IMG/VR virus record: IMGVR_UViG_3300020473_000021
Location: 69,568 to 133,567 of that record
Direction: 5' to 3' (one strand)
Length of the DNA stretch: 64,000 nucleotides
From: a virus
The notes under the pieces are model-generated. The model made no database searches. It was given only the letters and a program-made list of their open reading frames with translations, and had not been told where the DNA came from. Positions 9,892 to 20,400 of this stretch are shown piece by piece; the first letter of the stretch is position 1, and each line of letters starts with the position of its first letter. The position numbers and the translations under genes were made by a program.

Positions 9892-10546
9892 AGGTGTTAG
9901 TCAAGCTGTCAGTACGGCAGCGAAACTATTCCGCATGATTCTTTTGGATTTGAATATTAGTCCGATGCAATGGGACCGTATGTTACGGGAGTACTTGAAG
10001 AAGCCTATCAGCGGTGTCGCGAATGACCGCAGTAAGCTTTCAAGTCAACGAAGTAACTTTAATCGAAACCTATCGCGTCCAAGAATCACCTGGCGGAAGT
10101 TCAGGGAAGGTATTGATATCCTCAATCCGGTTAAGGTCAACTATGAGTTAGACTTAGAGTGGGACCCTAAACTTACCTTACCTAATGAACCACCCAAGCA
10201 GATCTCGATGGATCGCCAAAACCAAAGTGATGAGTTGTGCCAAATGTTCCGTTATCTTTTGATAGGAGTTGGTGCTGATCGTTATCGCATTTGGGATAAG
10301 CTTTTACGCCGTCAGATCGATAAGGATTTTAAGGGCAAAGAAGATAACCCGCCCGACAAAAGCACCGAACGTGGTAATCTGCACAAGTCGCTGATTAATG
10401 ATAAGAACTCTTATACGTGGGAAACTTTCTGCCGTGGACTGAGTGTCCTAGGCGTAATGAAAGCAACCTATCACATTAACTTAACTTGGCGCAATGGTAA
10501 ATCCACACGACACAGCTACAAGTTTATTACGGGAACAGAACGATGA
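9848..10546 (+). CDS. hypothetical protein with two internal repeats
   Basis: Halves share LFR.IL/MFR.LL, S.QRSNFNRNL/STERGNLHKSL and ITWRKFREGI/YTWETFCRGL. Confidence 0.7.
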   Translation: MMSKDMHQILSLDDKGVSQAVSTAAKLFRMILLDLNISPMQWDRMLREYLKKPISGVANDRSKLSSQRSNFNRNLSRPRITWRKFREGIDILNPVKVNYELDLEWDPKLTLPNEPPKQISMDRQNQSDELCQMFRYLLIGVGADRYRIWDKLLRRQIDKDFKGKEDNPPDKSTERGNLHKSLINDKNSYTWETFCRGLSVLGVMKATYHINLTWRNGKSTRHSYKFITGTER

Positions 10547-11022
10547 CTGAATTCAACGTTAATAATGTTGAACGACCAAATCCCGAAGAGGATGGCGTTA
10601 CACACATTCGTCTAGCTCCTGGCGCAAAAACTGAATTAGGACGGTTACTCCACATGGGCGCTCACCGCCCATTTACCGATCCTGAATACGGACAGTTTGC
10701 AAGTATTACAGCATTTTGGTGTTGGTATACTTGTAACCGTAGTGATGCGTTACGAGAGATTCACCACTCTAACATGATTCGTGCTAGTACCTATAGCAAC
10801 AATTATGTTCAGGGTGCTGAAGAGAAAACACGGGAAGTTCTTCGTAGAAGTATTGAGAACGATCCTAAATTGAAAGCTGCGTTAGAGAATAACACGTTAC
10901 CATTTATCAGTTATGATGTGGTTAACTTTCCTAAGCGCGGTCAAGATAGTAATATCGTTTATGTTAGTACTAACATCGCTTGGTATGATACAACATTGAA
11001 CGAGTTATCGAATATCGACTAA
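10543..11022 (+). CDS. NADAR-like phage protein
   Basis: EDGVTHIRL...KTELGRLL...PF..PEYGQFASITAFW resembles phage NADAR-like proteins (from memory). Confidence 0.5.
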   Translation: MTEFNVNNVERPNPEEDGVTHIRLAPGAKTELGRLLHMGAHRPFTDPEYGQFASITAFWCWYTCNRSDALREIHHSNMIRASTYSNNYVQGAEEKTREVLRRSIENDPKLKAALENNTLPFISYDVVNFPKRGQDSNIVYVSTNIAWYDTTLNELSNID

Positions 11023-11028
11023 TATTGA

Positions 11029-11057
11029 GGGAGACTTCGGTCTCCCCTTTATTTTTT
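11029..11057 (+). terminator. intrinsic terminator
   Basis: GGGAGAC-TTCG-GTCTCCC plus T tract. Confidence 0.85.
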
Positions 11058-11097
11058 GTCTTCATCCTATGGTTAAAGTAAATTATGGGTTGGTGTT

Positions 11098-12348
11098 ATG
11101 ATTAAGATCAATGAAAAAGGATCAAAAGCGATAGATACAGGAGAGAATATCTCCGAGGTATTATCGACGTTTATTGAGACTGGACCCAAAGACGAATTAA
11201 GTGCAATCGATGGTTATCGTGCACCATCTCCAGATGCTTTAGAAAAACTTAAAGGTACAGACTGTGAGTGCGACACTCCAGCTAGTGAAGTTGCAAGCTC
11301 CAGTGGTTTATTCGGTGGATCTGGTGGTAGTGGTTCTGGTGGTAGTGGTGCCTCAGACACTAATGGTGAAGGCGGTATACCCGGCACGAATGGTCTTTGG
11401 ACAGCATTGTTGTGTGGTGGCCGAAGTGGCGTTGGTAGGAACACTATACCTACAGGACGACAAGCAGCCGCTGTATCGCTTTGGATGCGTTTATTGGGTT
11501 GTAGCGCTAGTGATATACTCAAGCTCGTAGATACCCGTTCAGGTGAACCTCAGATTAATGTGGGTGTACTACAGAGTCGATTAAGTAATGCGCTTGGTCA
11601 ATCGATCAATGAGTTAAGTAGTGAAGATAAAGAACGACTTGTCTCTAACCTCAAAAATGAAGAAGAGTCTCAAAGTGGGGATTCTGAAGTTGAAGAGGAT
11701 GATTCAACATTAAGTATCGGTGGCGTTAAACGTGCTTTCAGTGCAGTATCTCTAGACGATGCGAAAAGCTTCGCTAAACTATTGCAATCTTCAGGTGATG
11801 ATGAAGTATCTGTAGAAGTAGAAGATAATTCCTCTAAGTCTCAAATACAGCTGGCTACGTTTGATAAAGCAATAAAGATGAATGATCCTGAATCGTTCGG
11901 TCGAATTGCTAGCAACATAGAACGTACGCCGAAGAATCGTCGTCTATTTCTAGGTAAGACTAATGATGTTGCTAAAAGTGGTAATCTAGAGATGATGAAT
12001 CATCTGTTAGATATTGTCGGTGTAGACATGGTTTTATCGCGCTATCCCGATATACTTCGCGATATCATACGCTATTATGTCATACCTAAGGGACTGAGGC
12101 CCTCTCAAGCGCTTCCTGAGCTCTTAACTACACTTAATCGAATAGACAGTGGTTGGAATAGTTCAGGAGCATATGGTGCTTCTCAGAGCGATATAGAACC
12201 ATACACTTGGTGTAGTCCTGATGCGGAATCTGTATTTATGTCATCAGACGATCATCGAACTCAAGTGATGATCGCATCGTCTTATCGTTCTACTGATAAA
12301 AGAACGTTGATAAATCAATATCACGATTACTTTGCGATGACAGCATAA
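11098..12348 (+). CDS. probable virion structural protein
   Basis: 416 aa with Gly/Ser linker; upstream TATG; adjacent to tail genes. Confidence 0.5.
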   Translation: MIKINEKGSKAIDTGENISEVLSTFIETGPKDELSAIDGYRAPSPDALEKLKGTDCECDTPASEVASSSGLFGGSGGSGSGGSGASDTNGEGGIPGTNGLWTALLCGGRSGVGRNTIPTGRQAAAVSLWMRLLGCSASDILKLVDTRSGEPQINVGVLQSRLSNALGQSINELSSEDKERLVSNLKNEEESQSGDSEVEEDDSTLSIGGVKRAFSAVSLDDAKSFAKLLQSSGDDEVSVEVEDNSSKSQIQLATFDKAIKMNDPESFGRIASNIERTPKNRRLFLGKTNDVAKSGNLEMMNHLLDIVGVDMVLSRYPDILRDIIRYYVIPKGLRPSQALPELLTTLNRIDSGWNSSGAYGASQSDIEPYTWCSPDAESVFMSSDDHRTQVMIASSYRSTDKRTLINQYHDYFAMTA

Positions 12349-12380
12349 GTAGGAGGGCATTAGCCCTCCTACTTATTTTT
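12346..12380. terminator. hairpin between convergent genes
   Basis: TAAGTAGGAGGGC-ATTA-GCCCTCCTACTTA plus T tract. Confidence 0.8.
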
Positions 12381-12383
12381 GCT

Positions 12384-14378
12384 TTACTGACCACGCTCAG
12401 CTTCACGTGCCAAGGCGGATATTAACTGTCCCGGCATGGTTTGTGATACCCACTGTGCGTAATGACCTGGACTACTCCAACGTCTCCACGATGCTCTTTC
12501 TCTAGCAAGATTAAGTCGCAGACGACTTCCCGCCCACACTTGATCTGCTAAAGATAGACTACCCAACACCGCTAAGTAATCGGTATATGCATTGTCTTCA
12601 TCGAAGATACCCGGTGAAGAGTTGATTGGCATATGCATGATACTACTTAGATCCACAACAGAGAACGACACATCAATACCTAAAGGCCGTTCATCTCTCG
12701 TCCATCCTAAGTTACCTACACCACGAGTAATGCTGATTGAATCGATAATACCCAATCGAGTCTGAGCTTTACCTTTGTCGTATATCTCAACGAGGAATGG
12801 CGCGTCGTAAGAATGTTTACCCGTTGACTTAGGTAATGCACCTGCCAGCAACATAGATAATGGAACCATCAGGTTCTGATAGATCGACATCTTGTTGCCA
12901 TAAGGCGTTCTAAGTTCGATGGTGTAATCGTTCTTAGGTAGATCCACACTTGAATCTTGCCATACCTCAGGAATGTCCACAAACGCATTACCAGCAAAGG
13001 CCATTAGACCACCCATGCCAATAGAATCTAGTCCACCACCAATTAGATCAGTCACACTAGACATTGCGCTTTTTAACATATCCCCGATAAAACCACCACC
13101 TAGGTTACCTTCTGCTAAGTTGAATCGCTTATTCCTTACATCGGCAGACGTACCGTTAACCATACTAGATATACCCGACTCACCAGTACTATTGTTTACC
13201 GATTCGCCTGTAGTCCCGGTGTGGTTAACACGAAATGATACAAACTGACCACCATCTCTTATCTCTGCTGCTGCGAATTCAGCAAACGTATCCCAAATGC
13301 TGGGGTCATCTACAGGTGCTGATTCTGTGGTATCTATAGCGTCGTCTTCACCCGTAGGTTTGGGATCAGACATCGACTTTTGATTATTCCACGCTGCTAA
13401 ATAAGCATTGATGCCAGTCTCTGAACTTGTGTTGAATTCACCTTTAGGAATATCCATATCAGATAGGTTTTCTTGATACTCCTTCATTCTAGCCCGGAGC
13501 TCTTCAAGTGTATTCACCGACGAGTAGGCTTTCTCTTGACGCTTTCTAGCGGCGTCCGCAACACGCTGTTGTCTAGATGCAATCGCATACACATCAACAC
13601 CACCACCCTCGTGGTAAACGTGTGGAAGCAACTCGTGATATGCTCGAATGTCTTCAGCTGTATACTCGGGACCATCCATTTTATCGCGAGTATTATAAAC
13701 AAAATCATTATCGTCATCATTCTTATCGGAAGTGGTTATCTCCGATGTAGCAGCATTGCTAGCATCCGATAGAACAAGTGGGATGATTCCCATGTTAACA
13801 CCAATACCGTTTGCGATGGTATTTACTGCGTTCCAATACAACGGCATAGCTGGTTTTGAAAAGTAGTACTTACTCGATGGTTCATTCGCCATAAAGCTAT
13901 AAATCTTACCTGCGAGTAAGAGTGGTTGCAATGGTAGCGTTACCACGAATCCAGCTACCTTACCAAGCTTATAAAAGAAACCCGGCGCTCGACCAGTTCT
14001 GGATAACACACCAGCCTCGTATGAATATGCCCCACCAAAGAATCTTGTTAATGGGTTATACTGAGGTACTCCAAAACGCATGTGAATGAGTTGACTATGA
14101 TCATCAATCATCTCACTATATTTACGACCCATTCCGTAGCTATATGCTCTACCTTGCGATCCACGACCTGCAAATGCTCCAGCGACTTTCAGGTCAGCAT
14201 AGCGAGTCCATTGTGGTGGTGGATTAATTGCAAAGTTACCACCGAGTGTTGTGTCTGTGTATTTGTTAAAAGCAGTTGTGTCACTGCGATCCGAAACCAT
14301 CGTCGTCGCAGACTTAGGCAACATAAAACTTGTCTTGACCCACTGCGAATCTGTAATTCTTGGCATGACGATCTCCAT
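12384..14378 (-). CDS. tail/baseplate structural protein (phiKZ gp182-like)
   Basis: Directly downstream of the tape-measure gene; tail-tube-like C-terminal half (GIIDSISITRG..GW...PLGIDVSFSVVDLS). Confidence 0.7.
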   Translation of the reverse strand: MEIVMPRITDSQWVKTSFMLPKSATTMVSDRSDTTAFNKYTDTTLGGNFAINPPPQWTRYADLKVAGAFAGRGSQGRAYSYGMGRKYSEMIDDHSQLIHMRFGVPQYNPLTRFFGGAYSYEAGVLSRTGRAPGFFYKLGKVAGFVVTLPLQPLLLAGKIYSFMANEPSSKYYFSKPAMPLYWNAVNTIANGIGVNMGIIPLVLSDASNAATSEITTSDKNDDDNDFVYNTRDKMDGPEYTAEDIRAYHELLPHVYHEGGGVDVYAIASRQQRVADAARKRQEKAYSSVNTLEELRARMKEYQENLSDMDIPKGEFNTSSETGINAYLAAWNNQKSMSDPKPTGEDDAIDTTESAPVDDPSIWDTFAEFAAAEIRDGGQFVSFRVNHTGTTGESVNNSTGESGISSMVNGTSADVRNKRFNLAEGNLGGGFIGDMLKSAMSSVTDLIGGGLDSIGMGGLMAFAGNAFVDIPEVWQDSSVDLPKNDYTIELRTPYGNKMSIYQNLMVPLSMLLAGALPKSTGKHSYDAPFLVEIYDKGKAQTRLGIIDSISITRGVGNLGWTRDERPLGIDVSFSVVDLSSIMHMPINSSPGIFDEDNAYTDYLAVLGSLSLADQVWAGSRLRLNLARERASWRRWSSPGHYAQWVSQTMPGQLISALAREAERGQ

Positions 14379-14382
14379 TAGA

Positions 14383-14413
14383 GAAAATAACGGGAGGGCA
14401 CTCAGGCCCTCCC
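14383..14413 (-). terminator. hairpin after tape-measure gene
   Basis: GGGAGGGC-ACTCAG-GCCCTCCC with an A-rich left flank. Confidence 0.6.
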
Positions 14414-14421
14414 TAATAGCG

Positions 14422-17400
14422 TCAACGATTCATATTTACGGCAGGTTTAACATCACCGTTACCGGTTGTGTTTTGCCGCTGTTTAGGTTTGTTGTCTTTT
14501 TTGTCTTTCGACTGAGACTCATCCTTCTTAGCAGCACCTGTACTATCTCTTAAGTAACTACTTATCTGAGACAGTTGATCCACCATAGTTTTCTGAACGC
14601 CAACGCTTTGATTCAGGATTGATACCATACGATTGGTGTTCTCTGTTAACTTGGTGTTATGTACTTGGTTCTGAGCAGCAGCAGCTGCTACTGAACGTTC
14701 TTGACGTCTAGCGTCTCGATCAAGTACCTGTCTCGCTACAGCAGCTCGCTCATCCCGCTCATCGTCTACCGCAGTCGGTTTAGCATATTGACTACCATAT
14801 ACGCCGCGCTCTAACTCATTAGCTTTACGCAACATCATCTGTTTAGCACGCGGATTAGTTTGTCTCTCAGCAGCCGCACGTAATCTATCGGCAGCGCCGC
14901 GAGGGTCTAATCCACCATCAGATTCTTGGTCTCCCTCAACCCTTTGGGTGTCCCCTTGAGTATCGTTAGGTTCGTTTGGTTTAGAACCAGGAGATTCGAA
15001 ATCTGCAAACAATGCTGCATCGGTTTGATAACCGTCAGCCTTCTGACCACCCAAGCGACCGAGCTCTTCTGTTTCATCCTTACCGAAGTCTGGACGACTC
15101 TTCTGAACATCAGCCTGACTTGATTGATCTTTACGCGTTAAGAGTTCATTTAAAAACTCCCTTACTTGCGCTGAGTTATCACTTAGCTTGTAGTCTGGCC
15201 ATGGTGGCGCAAAGACTGTCCATACAGACATCTGCGAACCATTAACCGCACTACGCATATTTGAAGCAACTTCATAAGGTCCTTGACCTTTAAGTGACAT
15301 AGGACTATAAAACGAGCCTTTCATAGCACTCATCTTACTCATGTATGTTGCTAACACGGGTATGAATCGTTTAGTGAACCATTCGGTCCATATCGTCCGA
15401 TCTTTGTCAGACTCAGGATCACGACCAAACATGGAAGCGTATTCGTTGAATAGCTTCACACGAGACCCCTTAAACGTAGCCTTACCATTTGATATTTGCA
15501 TCATTGGTTTGACGACACGTTCAAGTTCTAGTAAGTGTTGAACCTTTTCAGTTTCATCTGTCGATTGTAGGCCGTATGTAACTATACGAGTTTTACCAAC
15601 AGCATCATTCACTAGACTCGCGTCTGGTAATTCAGCTACTTGACCCTCTTGGAGTTGTAACTCAATTGGACCCTCACCGTTTGCGGCAATTGCCATACCG
15701 GCTAAAGTTGTACCTTTAGAACCTTGACGTTTCTCCAACCGATTTGCAGCGTCTAACATCTTACGCTTTATTCGCGGATTATCCTGACGACTAGCGGATG
15801 CTCGCAACCGTTCGGCTGGCGTCATTGCCATGAGTTCTTCTTTGGTATGCTCAGTCTTCTCAGTCTGAGCTTCGGCTGTAGACGTATCCGTTGACTCACC
15901 CTCGCCTTCATCTTCAAGTTGTGACTCTAATAACTCCATCACTTCATTGTAGACTCTATCGACTTGTGAGAAGCCAACGACACCACTATCTTCCTTGTAT
16001 GGTGAGGTCATTTTACGATAGGGTGAATCTGGTCCATCTTCGAACTTCGACCGTTTCATCACCTCGATCTTTTCTTTAACCTCTAGCTGATCCTCCATAT
16101 CCTCAACATCGAAATCTTCCATGTAAGGTTGGCCTGCTGCAATCCACGATAGATAGACTGGCTTAAAGCGATCATTCAACCACTGGTAGAACCGCTCTAT
16201 CTGCTCTTCATCCTCTTCAGGATCAAGGTCGATTTCATCCAACAGATCTTCAGGATCAACACCTTCAAGTTTAGGTGGTTGGTCTTTTGGCATGACGACG
16301 TAGTCTTGGAAAAAGTTTTCCAGCTTGTACATCATACCAACATGCTCATCGTTCTCTAGGTCTGCACCGTATTGAGTATAACGAGCACGGTTGACATCGT
16401 CTAGATCGGCCTGATCTGCCCACTTATACAAGAAGTAAGCTCCAGCACCGATCGCAACAGCTGCACCGACTGCAAGTGCTACAGGAGCACCTAAGATGGA
16501 TACTGCTGCTGTACCCAATGCCCATAGACCACGTATGGCCCAAGAGGTACCTGAGCGAATGACATTATTCCAAAGGAAACTACCAGCGGTTTTCAAACCC
16601 CCACCGATAGCATTTAGACCCAATGCCCCACCGACTCTACTACCGACGTTCTTGACACCTTGCCAAAGTTTACCAAGTTTAGTCTTAGGCTTATTGTTCT
16701 TGTTATTGCGGTTCTTATCGCGATCCTTATCATTATCGCCATCACCACCGACATCGACGTAGCTATAATCGTTACCATCATCGCCACCGTCTCCGCCGCC
16801 AAGACCAAATAACCCACCAAGCTTACTTAGGATGCTATTTCCTTTATCGGCAAACTCACCTTTATCCTTACCATCTTTACCCTCGGCATCATCTTTCGAT
16901 TTATCACCGTAAAGTTTAGAACGCCAACCGCCATCGCGTAGTCCGTCATCATCTTGATCGAAGAACTTATCAGGCGGATTAACGCGCTCGTTAATCAGGT
17001 CACGGATTTCAGTAAGTAATTGAGTTTGCTGTTCTGAATCAGACAGTAGTTTCTCAGCGTTTTCACCTTTCAGTTTACCGCCGAACATTCCACCGAATAA
17101 TCCACCTACAGCACCACCGATACCTTTAACAACGCTCTTACTAGCCTTGAAGACACCTTTGGTTAACCCAACTGTCATATCTAGACCCTTACGGGTTAGG
17201 TTCATCGCATGTTGAACAAGACCATTACTTTTGCCAGTTGATAGATCCAACGGTTTCCCTCTGGAGTCAACTAAACCTTTCTTAATGTCTTCATGCGACA
17301 ACACGACATTGCCATCGAGATCTAACACCTCACCATCGATATCTTGGATGGTTCTAATGGGCTCCTCAGTTTCAGCCGATAGATAACCACCGGTTTTCAT

Positions 17401-20400
17401 GATCACTGCACGGAGTCTAGGTTCTGTCTCACCTTTAACGTAAACGTCTTTAGCGGACTTCTCTTTTTCCTTACCAAATAACAAGCCTGGTAAGAAACCA
17501 CCGACTTTCTTCACCGCAGTAAAAATACCGCTTTGAATAGAACGTGCAGCATTCCAATATCCACCGAATAAACCTTTAGCGCCTTTACCAAGTAATGATG
17601 CACCACCCTTTAAGAAATCAGCAATGGGTCGTGTTTCTTTTCCTGAAAGGACATACAACTTACCCTGCTCTACATCTTCGGATGTAATTACAACATCCCC
17701 ATCGGAATTTATAACGGCACCATCGATATCATCGAATGAATGTATCGGATCACCAGATTCGAGGTCACTATATAACCCGCGCTTAAGGTCTCTAGCTAGG
17801 ATGATGGGTTCTTCGACACCTTCAAGGTAGATATCCGCAACCGTACTACTTCCCGATTGCTTCTCTCTTTTATTGAATAACCCACCAAGTAGATTACCCG
17901 CACCTTGTCCAGCGCCTTTGAATAGACTACCAATACCGCTAAACGTTTTACCATAATAACCCATGAGGTTACTACCTACGCTAGCTGCACCAGAACGCAA
18001 TGTATCGAAGGTCTTACCCAATACACCTCGGTTATCTTGAGCTGCTATGGCGCGTATCAACATTTCAGTCTTAACATCCAAATGTTGTTTCAGCTCATCC
18101 AACCATGGTCTAAATGGTTCATCAGTTGCACTATAGCGACCGCCTGACGATGGTTCACTATCACTAGGGTGTGGGAGTTCACCTGTTGGAGGCTCGTCGC
18201 CACCACCACCAAAGAAACGCGACTTCGCATTATTCAGCAATCGATTAAACGATGCTCTAAACCGAGCAGTACCCGCAAGCTCATCTACCTTATCTGGCGA
18301 TATGTCCGAATCGTCTAACTGACCAACGACCTCATCCACCTCACCATTTGAGTTACCGAAATGCTCCGTTAGGTAAGAACGTAATTGCTCTACCTTACTA
18401 CCGGCATTCTCTTTAAGGTCTGAAAATGAGTCTTGCATGGAAGCTCTAGCATCATCAAAACGACCTTTAGCTTCGTCCAGTTTAGGTTTGAACTTAGTGA
18501 ACGTTTCCGATTGCTCTACGCGCTTACGTAGATCACCATAACGAGTCGATAAGTCGTCAACCTTCGGACTGAACTTAGTGTATATATCCGAACTTTCCAC
18601 ACGACCTTTAATGTCATCGAAACGATCAGATATACCACTCACGAGATCATCTTTAACGAAACCAGCTCGACGAGCGAGTTCACGACGACCCTCTTCAGTT
18701 TGCATGTGATCGTAGATGCTTTCGCTTAAATTAACCGCGTTTTCTTTAGCAGTATTTAGACTATCGAGAGCCTTATCCTTAGCATCTTGATATATCTCAC
18801 CACGAGCATCTTTGTCAGACAAGATCTCCAATGCTTCGGAAGAGAAATCACTCAAAGCACCTAACCGTTTTTCTAACTCCTCGACGTACGGTTGGCCTTT
18901 AGCTTGTGCATCCTGATAAAGTCCTTGTATGTAAGCTTCACCATCTTCGGCTAACTTAACAACGTCGATACCGTTGTCCAATAAAAACTCATTGACATCA
19001 CTCGAAACTTCATCAAACTTAGAACGCGCCTTACCAACGTAGCCTTGCAGTTTAGATCCCTCATAACGCTCTGAGAGGTCGGCTCTTGCTTGATCCCACT
19101 TTCCCTTGGCTGAGTCGGTTAATCGACTTGCATCGCCTTTGAGTTCGTCTAACACTGATTCAGAACTACGATAGCGACGGTAAGTACTCTCTACTTCACC
19201 GAGAGCTCTGTTTCCATACTCAGACGCCTTAGAACGTAGACCTTCGGTCTTATCTTTAGCTTTACTGAATAGGTTTCCAGCCATAGTACCTAATTTCTCA
19301 CCCATGGAACCTTCGCTATTGGGATTATAGGTACTTTCACTAAAACCAACGTTAGGTTGTGGTTGACCAACGTCTCTATCCCAAGGCGACGTCACCATCG
19401 ATTTAAATGAACCTACCGCTCTGTCCCAAGGAGAACTACCGCTAGGACCAGTCCAAGTTGGTCGATCCCAAGGGGAGCCGCCCGGTGGTGGTGTTCCGCC
19501 GCCTGATCCATCAGGTGGATCGCCATCAAAACGTTCTATAAGGAAATCGTAAATCCCTTCAATGAACGCTTTAGACTCATCCATCGTTTCCCACAGTACT
19601 TGTAGGTAAGGTTCTACCCACTGTTTAGCACTATCCATCAGTTTGTCCCAACGTGAGACATCGACTTCAGGTTGTGGGGCGTATACAGGTTCACTGGACC
19701 CTACATCAGCGTTAGATATGTCATCTAGAACATTGCGCTGACTACCTTGGACTTCAGTACGTACAACATTGCGATTGTCGTCTAGGTCTTTAAAGATGTC
19801 TCTTACAGTTTCAGAACGAGTTTCATGTAACCCATCCTTACCTGTATATTCAGACAACCCAGCACGCTCAAGGACTCCAGAGCCATAGGTACTCGCACTT
19901 CTAGCAATAACCTCTTTATAGTTAGGTACACCCCGCTTAGCATCACCATACACCTTAGATGCATCCTTACGGATTTCACTAGCCTTTCTGTCTTTCTTAA
20001 ACTTACCATCTTCCATGTATTGGTTGTTGATAAGTTGTGTAACTTTATCGGCTTCATCGCTTGATAACATATCGAGGTTATCAGCGTCGGCGTAATTTTC
20101 GATAGTAAACGCTTTGTTTTGGAAAACGTCTTTCTCAATCTGGTCTGCTAATTTAGCACGAGTCTCATTATCGAGTTTACCTTCACCATCTAAAAGGTCG
20201 ACTACTTTGTTAACCTTTTCAGTTAGACCTCGAACATCACCCGAATCGACAATCTTCTGACGAATGTCATCCTGTAATTGAGACTCTCTTACTACCTGTC
20301 CCTTATCGAAATCATAGACTTGTCGCTCTGCATCGCTTGATCCTGTGCGGATCATTTCAGCTTCACGTAAGATTTCAGAAAGTAAGTTAGGGATAGTTTC

